From the NCBI GenBank assembly GCA_028695015.1, contig JAQVJR010000001.1, positions 100,422 through 164,421 of the forward strand: DNA of 64,000 bases, read 5' to 3'. Both the position numbers and the translations under genes were made by a program. The DNA is from Minisyncoccota bacterium (GTDB lineage Bacteria > Patescibacteriota > Minisyncoccia > UBA6257). This document shows, one piece after another, positions 27,694-37,486 of the stretch. Below the pieces are notes generated by a model. That model was given only the letters and a program-made list of their open reading frames with translations. It made no database searches and was not told the DNA's origin. Position 1 is the first letter of the stretch. Every line of letters starts with the position of its first letter.

Positions 27694-30240
27694 CTAGGAT
27701 TGTATTATTGCCTTTAATTCGTTTTTGTCTAAAACAAAAGATACTTTACTATTAGCCCCTATCTTTTCTCTTAAAATAGCTCTAGCTAAATTATCTTTAA
27801 TATGATGCCTGATTACTGCATCTAAAGGCCTAGCACCAAATATTGGGTTATAACCTAATTGAGCTAACTTCTCAACAACTCCTTGTCCAAAAGACAATTC
27901 TATTTTTTTGTTTTTCATTAAAGAACTTGTAAGTTCTTTTAATTTTAATTTTATAATTTCTCTTAAATGTTCCTGGGTTAAAGGTTTAAAAACCACAACT
28001 TCATTAAATCTATTTAATAGCTCTGGTTTAAAGAAACTAGTTAATCTCTTTTTAAGATTTTCTGATAATTCTTCTGTTTCTACTCCTTTTTCTATTTCAT
28101 TTTTAATAAAATCAGAAAGCGCATTAGAAGTAGCAATAATAATCGTATTAGTAAAATCAACTGTTTCTCCTAAATTATCTGTTAATCTTCCTTCATCAAA
28201 AAGTGCTAAGAAAATATTTAAAACATCTTGATGCGCTTTTTCAAATTCATCTAAAAGAATCAAAGAGAAGGGATCATTTTTCACTGCTTGAGTTAAGGCA
28301 CCACTAACATTGCCATCAGGGCTGCCAATAAACCGATAGATGCTTTTTTTATCTTGGTATTCTGCCATATCAAAACGAATCATTGTTTTCACGCTTCCAA
28401 AGTAAGTTCTAGCTAATATTTTAGCTAATTCTGTTTTCCCTACTCCAGTTGGTCCTACAAAAAGAAAAACAGCAATTGGTTTATTAATATTACCTAGGCC
28501 AGCCCGATATTGCCGTAAAGCAGAAGCTACTAATTGAACTGCTAATTCCTGATTAATTAATTGCTCATGTATTAATTGTTCTAAATTTAATAATTTTTGC
28601 TTTTCCTCATCAGAAGAAATATCTAAAGGAATTTGGGTTCTTAAACTTACCAAATCTACAATATCCTGTTCTTTAACTATCTTTTTATGATTTCGTCGGG
28701 CCCCTTCTAAAGCTTCGGTGATCAAAGATTCTGCTGAGACTGGTAAAGGAGTAGAGGTTAAAAATCTTTGAGCTAAGGCCACTGCCCTTTTAATTGCTTT
28801 AAAGCTAGTTTTGATTTTAGTTTTTCGTTGTAATTCTAAAGAACGAAATGATAAGAGAGTAATCGCTTCTTCAGGGGTTATCTCTTTAATTTTTATTACT
28901 TCAAAATTCTCTTTAATAATAGAATCTGATTCTAGATAACGATTGTAATCTTCTGGGGTTGTGGCTGCAATAATTGGTACCCAAGCAGCTTTAAAAAGGG
29001 ATTGAAAAGCATCAAGGGCATTATAGCCTCCTTTTTGAGCTAAGGATTTATAATTATGAAATTGAGGTAAATAAAGTATAATATCCTGATTAACTATTAA
29101 TTCCTTTGTAATTTTTGTTAAACGATTAAAAACCTCCATTGGTTCTTGTATGTCTTCAAACATAGAGGAAAGAGGTAGGTTTAAAAGACGATAATCTCGT
29201 AAACCAACTGGCACTTTATCTTGGGCTAAATTTAAAGCTAGGTAAGAAACAATTGTTTCTTTACCTACCCCAACTGGTCCAACTAAAAGAACATTTCTTT
29301 GCCCTGGTCGGTTTAAAATATCAACTATATTCTGATATTCTTGCTGATGACCTATCATAATGCCAATCTTTAATTTCAAAGCTAATTCTGTAAAATCAGT
29401 GCTAAAGAGATCCAAAAGCGGAGTTGGCCTAGAGGTAAGCGACCGATTAACTTTTATTCTCTTAGGTTGAAAACTTAATTGTTTTTTATCAGCCAAGCCT
29501 TTTAATACTTCAATGCCTTTTTCTTTAGAAAGACGCTCCATTTCAAAAGCAGTAAATAAATCACCTTTATCCAAATGAAAGAAATTGAAAAAAGCTTCTA
29601 GCTGAGGATCATTAATTGAGTAAAGAGATAGCATTAAAGAATCAATATTAATAGAATTTCTCTTTAAACTCATTGCTTCTCTTAATGCTCTTTGACAAAT
29701 ATTTTCCAAAAATAAAGAATATTCTTCTTTATTAATCTTTTCTCTCTTTTTAATTTTTTGTTCTTCAATATATTTTTTTATGTCTTTTATCTCTGAATAA
29801 GAAATGTCCAAAAAAGCCAAAGATTCTATTGTGTCTTTTTGCGCTACTAACACCCAAAGCAAAGCCATTACTAATGATAAATCATGATTAAGAGCAACTT
29901 TTTGAGTTTCTATTAAAATATTCTTTGCCTTTGGAGTTAAGAAATAAGCAACATTAACCTTTTGTTTTGATACATTTCTTTCGGTTATTAATAAAGATGA
30001 TTGGCTTTGTTTAATGAAAATATAAACAAAAAACAGAAAAACAATAATCATCATATGATGCCAACGATCTATCTGAAGAATCAAAATAAAAAAAGAAAAA
30101 ATCAATCCCAAATAGAGAAAAACATTAAAAATTATTCTATACAAAAACCTTGTCCAAAAAGACCAAAAGAAAAAAGCATCGTCAAAATACAAACCTTTTT
30201 CTTCTTTATTTCTTTCTAAATTAATGTTTTCTTTTTTCAT
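27694..30240 (-). CDS. Membrane-anchored Clp-like AAA+ protein with degenerate first ATPase ring
   Basis: Two N-terminal TM helices and a Clp N-like region. D1 has GPVGVGKET and Walker B replaced by LYLPQFH. D2 is intact ([30 protein letters not shown]). Confidence 0.85.
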   Translation of the reverse strand: MKKENINLERNKEEKGLYFDDAFFFWSFWTRFLYRIIFNVFLYLGLIFSFFILILQIDRWHHMMIIVFLFFVYIFIKQSQSSLLITERNVSKQKVNVAYFLTPKAKNILIETQKVALNHDLSLVMALLWVLVAQKDTIESLAFLDISYSEIKDIKKYIEEQKIKKREKINKEEYSLFLENICQRALREAMSLKRNSINIDSLMLSLYSINDPQLEAFFNFFHLDKGDLFTAFEMERLSKEKGIEVLKGLADKKQLSFQPKRIKVNRSLTSRPTPLLDLFSTDFTELALKLKIGIMIGHQQEYQNIVDILNRPGQRNVLLVGPVGVGKETIVSYLALNLAQDKVPVGLRDYRLLNLPLSSMFEDIQEPMEVFNRLTKITKELIVNQDIILYLPQFHNYKSLAQKGGYNALDAFQSLFKAAWVPIIAATTPEDYNRYLESDSIIKENFEVIKIKEITPEEAITLLSFRSLELQRKTKIKTSFKAIKRAVALAQRFLTSTPLPVSAESLITEALEGARRNHKKIVKEQDIVDLVSLRTQIPLDISSDEEKQKLLNLEQLIHEQLINQELAVQLVASALRQYRAGLGNINKPIAVFLFVGPTGVGKTELAKILARTYFGSVKTMIRFDMAEYQDKKSIYRFIGSPDGNVSGALTQAVKNDPFSLILLDEFEKAHQDVLNIFLALFDEGRLTDNLGETVDFTNTIIIATSNALSDFIKNEIEKGVETEELSENLKKRLTSFFKPELLNRFNEVVVFKPLTQEHLREIIKLKLKELTSSLMKNKKIELSFGQGVVEKLAQLGYNPIFGARPLDAVIRHHIKDNLARAILREKIGANSKVSFVLDKNELKAIIQS

Positions 30241-30272
30241 AATTTAACAATGAAAATTCTTAAAAAATCTGA

Positions 30273-30620
30273 TTAATGAAAAATTGTTTTAAAAATTAAA
30301 TAAAAAGGTAAAAAAGCTAAGCAAATATAGATTGCTGAAAAAACTAAAGTTAATAAAATCAAAACAATAACCCCGAGGAACATTTTCATTATACGATAGG
30401 GAATGCTAACAAAATATGCCGCTAAAGAATATTCTTGCCAAAGAGGCACAGCTAAGTAACGAAAATTCACTATTAATCCTGTTCGATGTTCCAATTTAGA
30501 AAACAAGCTTTGATAAAGGCCAAAAACAAAATGATGACCATTGATAAAGTAGGTTTGAATAAAATCTAAGGCATAAAAACCAATTTTCTTAAAAAAATAC
30601 CCTAATAATGTTTGCTCCAT
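30273..30620 (-). CDS. Small membrane protein upstream of the Clp-like ATPase
   Basis: 115 aa with a hydrophobic C-terminal half; co-oriented 32 nt upstream of the ATPase gene. Confidence 0.7.
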   Translation of the reverse strand: MEQTLLGYFFKKIGFYALDFIQTYFINGHHFVFGLYQSLFSKLEHRTGLIVNFRYLAVPLWQEYSLAAYFVSIPYRIMKMFLGVIVLILLTLVFSAIYICLAFLPFYLIFKTIFH

Positions 30621-30632
30621 AACTTTTAATAA

Positions 30633-31886
30633 TTAAAAAAGCTGGTCTTGAGGCTTAGCTGTTTCTTTTTCTTCTTTGAATAATCTAATTTTACCATATT
30701 CTCCATCATAGCCAGGTTCAATAATCAAATCTCCTTTTCTTGCTCTTTCTATCCCTTGTGCAATTTCCAAATCAACAATCTTTTTCATTTCATCTAAATC
30801 AGCATCTAATAAGACAGTAAACTCATTGGAAAAATGATTAATTAATTTCTGATACTGTTCTTCTACTTTTTTTGTTCTAGATTGAACTCCTAGAACTTCA
30901 GCTATAATCTCAGCCAAAGGCACTAAGCTTTTATAAGGAATAGCTCCTTGAGGCTTAAATCCTTCAGGTCTATCTGCTAATTCTTCAACTCGTGATAAAA
31001 CACCAACAGTTAATTTTCCACCGCATTGAGGACAAATACCCCCTACCTTTTTTGTTTCCTGAGGTGACATTCTTATCTTGCATGAACGATGACCATCATA
31101 ATGATATTTTCCTTCTTCAGGAAAAAACTCAATCGTGTATAAAAACTTCTGAGGATCTTTTTCTTTAATAGCCTGACTAATAGCTGAATAACTTAATTCG
31201 GTATTAAAAACATTTACCTCTCTGCCTAAATTATTTGGTGAATGAGCATCTGAATTAGAAATCAACGCATATTTATCTAAGGCAGAAAGACGCCAATTCA
31301 TTAAAGGATCACTACTCAGCCCTGTTTCTAAAGCTGCTAAATATTTAACATTCTCTCCATAAGCTTCTTCCAAACTATCAAATCCTGACATTGAGCCTAA
31401 AACCCCAAACCATGGTGTCCAAATATGAGCTGGAACAAATAAAGCTTCTGGCTCTGCTTCCATTACAATCTTTAATAATTCCTCTGAATCCATTCCTAAT
31501 ATTGGTCGACCATCTGATTTAATATTTCCTTGCCAAGAAAGTCGATTAGCTATTTTTTCCGCAGCTTCTAAAGATGGAAGAATGATAAGATTATGCACTC
31601 TTCGCCCCCTTCCATTCCGAGTATAAATATTAGAAATCTCTCCAGTGATTACAAACCTGGTTTTATCCTTTCCTTCTTTTGCATTTTTTAATTTATAAAA
31701 ACCTTGTTCTGCTGGCTCTAATTTATTCTTTAATTCTTTTAACCATTCTGGATGAGTAAAATCTCCAGTGCCTACTACATTAATTCCTTTTTTTTGAGCC
31801 GATTCAAAAATATGCTCCAGATCCATGCTTTGAGAAGTTGCTCTAGAATATTTAGAATGAATGTGAAAATCAGCAAAAATTTTCAT
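30633..31886 (-). CDS. Endonuclease Q family PHP-domain protein
   Basis: DFHIHSKYSRATS, GTGDFTHP, PAHIWTPW, SNSDAHS, zinc-binding HRSC...CPQC, PGYDGEYG. Confidence 0.9.
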   Translation of the reverse strand: MKIFADFHIHSKYSRATSQSMDLEHIFESAQKKGINVVGTGDFTHPEWLKELKNKLEPAEQGFYKLKNAKEGKDKTRFVITGEISNIYTRNGRGRRVHNLIILPSLEAAEKIANRLSWQGNIKSDGRPILGMDSEELLKIVMEAEPEALFVPAHIWTPWFGVLGSMSGFDSLEEAYGENVKYLAALETGLSSDPLMNWRLSALDKYALISNSDAHSPNNLGREVNVFNTELSYSAISQAIKEKDPQKFLYTIEFFPEEGKYHYDGHRSCKIRMSPQETKKVGGICPQCGGKLTVGVLSRVEELADRPEGFKPQGAIPYKSLVPLAEIIAEVLGVQSRTKKVEEQYQKLINHFSNEFTVLLDADLDEMKKIVDLEIAQGIERARKGDLIIEPGYDGEYGKIRLFKEEKETAKPQDQLF

Positions 31887-31895
31887 AAAAACTAT

Positions 31896-33059
31896 TTAAT
31901 AAACTAAAATTGTCTGGCAAAGAGCGCCAATAATAAAAGCCACAACTAAAACTGCTAACAAATATTTATTCAAAGGCATCTTGTATGGTGGCTCTAATTC
32001 ACTTTGTTCTTTAGCTTTTTTCAATACTAAAAGAATCATAATCCCTTCAAATCCTCCTAACATTCCCCCAAGAAATGAAATTAATCTTATTAAATTATCC
32101 AAATGCCAAAAATAAATTACGATTGGACCCATAATCACTAAGAAATGACTAATAAAAGGGGACCAACAAAAATCATTAATAAAGCTGTTTTTGATATAAG
32201 AGCCAAAAATTAAATAAGTGGTTGTAACTGCTAAAAACCCTATCCCAGCGCCTAGTAAAATAATTTCCTCTCTTAAAATATTTCTTAACCCTTCTATCGC
32301 TTCCATTGAAGTATTAATACCGCTAACTCCAGCTACTGTAAACATAAAAACCAAATAGCACAAAACTGGAATCAAAGTACCGAGAACAAGAATCTTTTTA
32401 ACTTGATTTTTGTTTATCTGTTTTCTTTTTACAACCCCTATTGCCTCAGGCACTGCTACCATTCCATTAAGAGCAAAAAAGAATACGCCATAGGGAATTA
32501 ACCATCCCCATTGATTATTAAAACTTAGAAAATTCAAATTCTCTATTCTAAAATATGGTTGCGCAAGAATAGCAATAAGAAAAAATAAACCTAATAAAAT
32601 AAGGGATAAATAAAAATTAATTTTTGATAAATTTTTACTGCCAGATAAGATAATGGCGCTTAAGCAAAGCCAAAGAAAAAGTATTATTAAACCTTCAGGA
32701 AAAATAATTCCTGAGAAAAAAGTACTTAAAATAACTCCTACAAATTTAGCGCCTAATTGTAGACAAACTAAAAGTGAAAAACCAAAAGTAAGAAAAGTTA
32801 TTAAAAGGGCGAATTTTTTAGCTGGCGAATTTAAATAATGACCAATATATCCAGGCAAACAAAAACTCTTTTTTGTCCTTAAAACAATTTCCCCAAAGCA
32901 TAAATGCAAGAAGATAATAAGAAAACAAACAACAACTAACCAACCAATGGTTATCAAAACGCCAGAATTTGTCATTACATAAGGCAAGGTAAAGACACCA
33001 GCGCCAATAATCGTCCCTACCAAAACAGCTATTGCTTCGGCTCCAGCTAATTTATTCAT
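31896..33059 (-). CDS. Aromatic amino acid permease-like transporter (APC superfamily)
   Basis: GTIIGAGVFTLPY N-terminal motif and about 11 TM segments. Confidence 0.85.
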   Translation of the reverse strand: MNKLAGAEAIAVLVGTIIGAGVFTLPYVMTNSGVLITIGWLVVVCFLIIFLHLCFGEIVLRTKKSFCLPGYIGHYLNSPAKKFALLITFLTFGFSLLVCLQLGAKFVGVILSTFFSGIIFPEGLIILFLWLCLSAIILSGSKNLSKINFYLSLILLGLFFLIAILAQPYFRIENLNFLSFNNQWGWLIPYGVFFFALNGMVAVPEAIGVVKRKQINKNQVKKILVLGTLIPVLCYLVFMFTVAGVSGINTSMEAIEGLRNILREEIILLGAGIGFLAVTTTYLIFGSYIKNSFINDFCWSPFISHFLVIMGPIVIYFWHLDNLIRLISFLGGMLGGFEGIMILLVLKKAKEQSELEPPYKMPLNKYLLAVLVVAFIIGALCQTILVY

Positions 33060-33071
33060 TTTAATATTTTC

Positions 33072-33326
33072 CTAAGGAAGAATTAAATAAACTTCATCAC
33101 CTTCTCTAACTTTTTCATCTATCTTAATGCCAATTGAATCTCCCTTTTTTGCTGTTTGCACATTAGCATGATCTATTTGCATTGAATCAACTTCTTGTTC
33201 AAAATCTGTATTAGCGCCCTTGATATGAATTTTATCTCCTTGCTTAATTGCGCCTGTTAATTCTATAATGGCTACTTGAATCTTACCAAAGTAATGAATG
33301 ATTTTACCTATAAGTTTTTCTTCCAT
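33072..33326 (-). CDS. Stand-alone translation-factor-like beta-barrel protein (EF-Tu domain II / U32 C-terminal-like)
   Basis: IGKIIHYFGKIQVA, GDKIHIKG, SMQIDH..V..AKKGDSIGIK, VREGD.VY. Confidence 0.75.
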   Translation of the reverse strand: MEEKLIGKIIHYFGKIQVAIIELTGAIKQGDKIHIKGANTDFEQEVDSMQIDHANVQTAKKGDSIGIKIDEKVREGDEVYLILP

Positions 33327-33427
33327 AATAATTTTTAGCTATCTAATTTTTTATTAAAAAAAATAGCTAGATGATTAAATAGGTTTAAATTCGACCTTTA
33401 AAAAATAATAACATATTTTTAAGCAAA

Positions 33428-34867
33428 TTACTCCCCTTTGATTACTGCTTGAGGTGTTAATTTTACTACTTTTTTTGATAAACCAGCTTTTTCTACTGTT
33501 TCTATAACTTCTTCTATGTTTTTATAAGCTTCAGGCGCTTCTTCAACTAATCCACGAAAACTACGACATTTAACTATAATTCCTTTTTGAGCTAATTGTT
33601 TTCTTAATTCTTCAGGCGAAATAGTCCTTATTGCTGCATGTCTTGACATTCTTCTACCAGCACCATGATTAACAGTATAAAAAGCTTCAGCTGACTTTTC
33701 AGAACCAGCTAGAACATAAGAAGCTGTGCCCATGGTTCCTGGAATAAGCACTGGCTGACCAACTGAACGATATTTTTCTGGAATTTCCAAATGATTTGGA
33801 GGAAAAGCTCTAGTGGCTCCTTTGCGATGAACAATTAATTGTGTGTTTTTTCCATCTATTTGATGCTCTTCTACCTTAGCAATATTATGAGCTACATCAT
33901 AAAGCAAAGTTAATTTTGATTTTTTAGAGATTGTCTGCGCCCAAGCTTGACGTAAATAATGACTAATCATTTGTCTATTAGCCCAGGCAAAATTACTAGC
34001 CGCGCTCATTGCTTTAAAAAAACTTTGCCCTTCTGGAGAATTAAAAGGAACACAGGCTAATTCTTTATCTGGTAATTTTATATTATACTTATCTACTACT
34101 TGAACTACTTTTCGCAAATAGTCAGTGCAATTCTGGTGCCCTAGGCCACGAGAACCAGTATGAACCATGATTACGATTTGATTTTTAAACAAACCAAAAA
34201 CCTTTGCAATTTCTTCATCAAAGATCTCTGTTACTTTTTGAATTTCTATAAAATGATTTCCTGAACCAAGTGTCCCCACTTGATCTTGACCTCTTCTTTT
34301 TGCTAAATCAGAAACATATTTAGCATCAGCAGTTTCTATCTGACCTTGAGATTCACAATTTTCCACATCTTCTTTTTCCCCATAACCCCTAGCTACCAAA
34401 TGCTTAGCCCCACCTTCTAATAATCTATCTATTTGTTCCAGGCTCAATTTTGAACGCCTGCCTTTGCCTAAACCAGAAGGAACAACTTCTTGAATCTTTG
34501 TAGCTAAACTTTCCAGATAAGGTTGAATTTCATCTTCTTCTAACTCTGACTTTAATAACCTAATACCACAATTTTCATCATAGCCTACAAAACCAGGAGA
34601 GATTACTCCATCAGGTAATAACATTGCCCCAACTCCTCCTATTGGCGGCCCATATCCTGAATGAATGTCTGGCATGGCTAATCCATATTTAACTATCCCT
34701 GGCATTGTTGTTGTGTTAATTAATTGAATTATTGCTTCTTCTTCTGTTTCTTCAATTATTTTTCTTGAAGCATAAATCCTCGCTGGTACCCGCATATCAT
34801 TTCTAAAAGACTGAGGGATTTCCCAAAGATAATCATGAATTTTAGAAATTTGAAATTTATTAAACAT
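33428..34867 (-). CDS. rtcB: RNA ligase RtcB
   Basis: MPDIHSGYG, GYDENCG, GTLGSGNHF, HTGSRG, HN, HRKGAT, PGTMG, HGAGR, EAPEAYK. Confidence 0.97.
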   Translation of the reverse strand: MFNKFQISKIHDYLWEIPQSFRNDMRVPARIYASRKIIEETEEEAIIQLINTTTMPGIVKYGLAMPDIHSGYGPPIGGVGAMLLPDGVISPGFVGYDENCGIRLLKSELEEDEIQPYLESLATKIQEVVPSGLGKGRRSKLSLEQIDRLLEGGAKHLVARGYGEKEDVENCESQGQIETADAKYVSDLAKRRGQDQVGTLGSGNHFIEIQKVTEIFDEEIAKVFGLFKNQIVIMVHTGSRGLGHQNCTDYLRKVVQVVDKYNIKLPDKELACVPFNSPEGQSFFKAMSAASNFAWANRQMISHYLRQAWAQTISKKSKLTLLYDVAHNIAKVEEHQIDGKNTQLIVHRKGATRAFPPNHLEIPEKYRSVGQPVLIPGTMGTASYVLAGSEKSAEAFYTVNHGAGRRMSRHAAIRTISPEELRKQLAQKGIIVKCRSFRGLVEEAPEAYKNIEEVIETVEKAGLSKKVVKLTPQAVIKGE

Positions 34868-34889
34868 AAAACAATTCTCTCATTAATTT

Positions 34890-35312
34890 TTAAATATCAA
34901 AAAGTATTGTTATTTCCCAAAGACCTTGTTTATTTTTACAAATATTTGCCCCATGATAAGTTACTGCCTTTATCTCTTCTTTAAATCTCTTTATTCTTTT
35001 GCCTTTGATTTTGCCAATAATTTTCTGTTCAGTAAATTCTTCAATTTCAATTTCTGGAAAAACAGAATTATAAATATCTGATTGTGCTAAAACTTCACTT
35101 AAGAAATCTACTAGTAAGATATTTTCTTCTAAAGCTGAAATTTCTATTCTTTTTTCTATTGATTCTTTTTCAATATCTTCATCCTCAACCATTATCCAAG
35201 CCATACCTTCTAAGCCACCCTTAAACAAACCTTCTTTTGCTGAGGCCGTAATTTTTAATTTTATATCAGCTGCATGCTCAATAATAGAATATTTGTATTT
35301 CATTGTTTTCAT
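34890..35312 (-). CDS. Archease (RtcB activator)
   Basis: EHAADI near the N-terminus, IKAVTYH and C-terminal FDI; directly upstream of rtcB. Confidence 0.93.
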   Translation of the reverse strand: MKTMKYKYSIIEHAADIKLKITASAKEGLFKGGLEGMAWIMVEDEDIEKESIEKRIEISALEENILLVDFLSEVLAQSDIYNSVFPEIEIEEFTEQKIIGKIKGKRIKRFKEEIKAVTYHGANICKNKQGLWEITILFDI

Positions 35313-35344
35313 TTTAACTTAAATTTTAAAAGATAACAATTAAT

Positions 35345-35366
35345 AAAAAAAGCCCTTTCGGGCTTT
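35345..35366 (-). terminator. Intrinsic terminator after rpsT
   Basis: AAAGCCC-GAAA-GGGCTTT followed by a U-tract. Confidence 0.85.
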
Positions 35367-35378
35367 ATTTCCTGTAAT

Positions 35379-35645
35379 TTATTTCTTTTTTTCTTTTAAT
35401 TTCTTCATTAATCTTGATTTATCCCTATTAGCTTTATTTTTTTTAATTAAATTAGTTTTAGCAGCTTTATCTAAAGTTTTATACAAATTAGGAGCCATTT
35501 TCTTTGCTTCTTCTATCTTGCCTTCTTTAACTAATTTTAAAAAATCTTTCTTTGTTTTCTTTAAAAGATTCAAATTTCGGACATTAGCTTTCCTTCTTGT
35601 AATATTCTTTTTTACTGCTTTTTTTGCTGCCTTAGTAATTGGCAT
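35379..35645 (-). CDS. rpsT: 30S ribosomal protein bS20
   Basis: MPITKAAKK, LDKAAK..LIKKNKANR.KSRL. Confidence 0.96.
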   Translation of the reverse strand: MPITKAAKKAVKKNITRRKANVRNLNLLKKTKKDFLKLVKEGKIEEAKKMAPNLYKTLDKAAKTNLIKKNKANRDKSRLMKKLKEKKK

Positions 35646-35653
35646 ATATAAAA

Positions 35654-36628
35654 TTAAAAATTATTAACATTGCTTTGGCTTATAGTATTACATCTTTTAT
35701 GGAAAAAATCAATTAAAAACATTTCTAAACCTATCTTGGCTTCAATATTACCTGATTTAATTTTTTGGTCACAAAAAAGAAGATCTTGAAAAGTTTCTTT
35801 TAATATTTGTGCGGGAATCATTTTAGATAAAGGCAATAATTTACTATAGGTATAATAATGCATTGAAGCTGGTTTTCTTGAACTTTCTTTTAAAATCAAT
35901 AAATTACGAATTTGAAAAACAATCATTTTTAGAATAAACAATGGATGAAGCCCTTGATTAATTAAAACCTCTAAAAATGAAAAAGTCTGTTTATCATTGC
36001 TAGATATTAAATAATCTAAAAAAATAAATATGGTACTAGAAACAGGTAAAAACAAGCTCTCTTCAAGTAATTTTCTATCTATTAACCCTTTTTTAATTAA
36101 AGAAAGCTTTTTTAAAGCATGATAGATAGAACCCGTATCAGAAAAAAAACTATTTGCTAATAATTGACGCGCCTCTGGACTAAGTCTTAATCCAAATTCT
36201 TGTTCTTGTTCTGTTATCCATTTTGTTAATTTCCCGCTTTTTAATAAAGGAAATTCTTTATCCCCCTTGGCTTTTTGTTTTACCCATTTCTGTAAAGAAT
36301 TACTTAATATCTTATCGTTTTCATAAAAGATAATCATTAAATCCTTAGCTAGTTCAACTTTTTGAGCTTTCAGAATTTTCAAAAAATCATTACGAAATTG
36401 AATATTTGTATTTTTAAAAATATTTTTGATTAATATTAAACGACTGCCAGAAAAAAGTGTTTTACTTTTTAAAATATCATTTAAAACAGAAAGATCTGAA
36501 GGTGTTTTAGCCTTATCAGAAAAATCATAATCAAAAAAAGCCGGAGCGTCTTTTTGATAAAACTCCTTTACTTTTAATAAATATTGCCATGAACGAAAAG
36601 AATCTTCTCCATGAATAAGATAAAGCAT
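35654..36628 (-). CDS. holA: DNA polymerase III delta subunit
   Basis: LYLIHGED, TLFSG.RLILIK, DQKIKSG; the usual neighbour of rpsT. Likely start is the ATG at 36628. Confidence 0.85.
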   Translation of the reverse strand: MLYLIHGEDSFRSWQYLLKVKEFYQKDAPAFFDYDFSDKAKTPSDLSVLNDILKSKTLFSGSRLILIKNIFKNTNIQFRNDFLKILKAQKVELAKDLMIIFYENDKILSNSLQKWVKQKAKGDKEFPLLKSGKLTKWITEQEQEFGLRLSPEARQLLANSFFSDTGSIYHALKKLSLIKKGLIDRKLLEESLFLPVSSTIFIFLDYLISSNDKQTFSFLEVLINQGLHPLFILKMIVFQIRNLLILKESSRKPASMHYYTYSKLLPLSKMIPAQILKETFQDLLFCDQKIKSGNIEAKIGLEMFLIDFFHKRCNTISQSNVNNF

Positions 36629-36630
36629 AA

Positions 36631-37467
36631 TTATTCTTTTTGACATTTAGGACAATAGAAAGTTGACCGACCTTTCTGAACTATTCTTTTTATCTGGCCC
36701 TGACAACGAAAACATTTTTCCTGATGATAAGCACGCAATTTGGGAGCATAATTGCCAAACTTGCCTTCTGTGTCTTGATACATCTTATCAGCTACTGTTG
36801 ATCCTTTGAATTCTACTGCCTTTATTAAAACTTTTTTAATGTTTTGATAAATTCTTTTTTTCTCCAATAAAGTTAATTCTTGTACATCTTTAAGAGGGTT
36901 TACTTTTGCTGCCCATAAAATTTCACTAGCATAAATATTTCCAATCCCGGCTATAATATTCTGCTCTAATAAAACTTCCTTTATCTTGCCCCTCCTTTTT
37001 GCATTTAATGAGTTTTCAAAGTTTTTAAAAGTAAAATCTTTAGCTAAAGGATTTAATCCTAATTCTTTAATTTCCTTTAAATCTTTAATTTTATCTGTTT
37101 TTTCTAAAAGAATCCTAGCAAATTTTCTTAAATCTGAAAGCGCCAGATAAGTTCGATTGCTTAATTTAAGCCTAAAATGGATATATGGGTCTTGTCTGAT
37201 AAATTCTTCTGAACCTACTAAAATTCTCCCTGTAAGTTTTAAATGAATTAAACAACTCCAACCTCCGCTAAGATTAATAACAATATTTTTCCCTTGGCGA
37301 TTAACACCTAGAATAGTCCTGCCAATGATTGTCTTTTTGAATTTCTGCTGACTAATTCTACCTCTTAATAATTTCACCCAATCAAACCAAACACCTTTAA
37401 TTATTAAGCCCTTTGTTTTCCTATTTAATTGACGCGTGATTGTTTCTACCTCTGGTAATTCAGGCAT
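36631..37467 (-). CDS. mutM: Formamidopyrimidine-DNA glycosylase
   Basis: MPELPEVET N-terminus (ATG at 37467), HLKLTG, GIGNIYA, C-terminal CFRC...CPKCQ zinc finger. Confidence 0.96.
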   Translation of the reverse strand: MPELPEVETITRQLNRKTKGLIIKGVWFDWVKLLRGRISQQKFKKTIIGRTILGVNRQGKNIVINLSGGWSCLIHLKLTGRILVGSEEFIRQDPYIHFRLKLSNRTYLALSDLRKFARILLEKTDKIKDLKEIKELGLNPLAKDFTFKNFENSLNAKRRGKIKEVLLEQNIIAGIGNIYASEILWAAKVNPLKDVQELTLLEKKRIYQNIKKVLIKAVEFKGSTVADKMYQDTEGKFGNYAPKLRAYHQEKCFRCQGQIKRIVQKGRSTFYCPKCQKE

Positions 37468-37486
37468 ATAGATAAATTGATACAAA

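Noticed and set aside
26600-27700. Integrated element at the tmRNA 3' end
   Set aside because: No duplicated ssrA 3' end or integrase; infC follows immediately.
4241-37485. N-terminal extensions in the ORF track for hisS, LCP, pth, trmD, holA and mutM
   Set aside because: Artefacts of longest-ORF calling; downstream ATGs match family N-termini (e.g. MPELPEVE for MutM) and remove overlaps.
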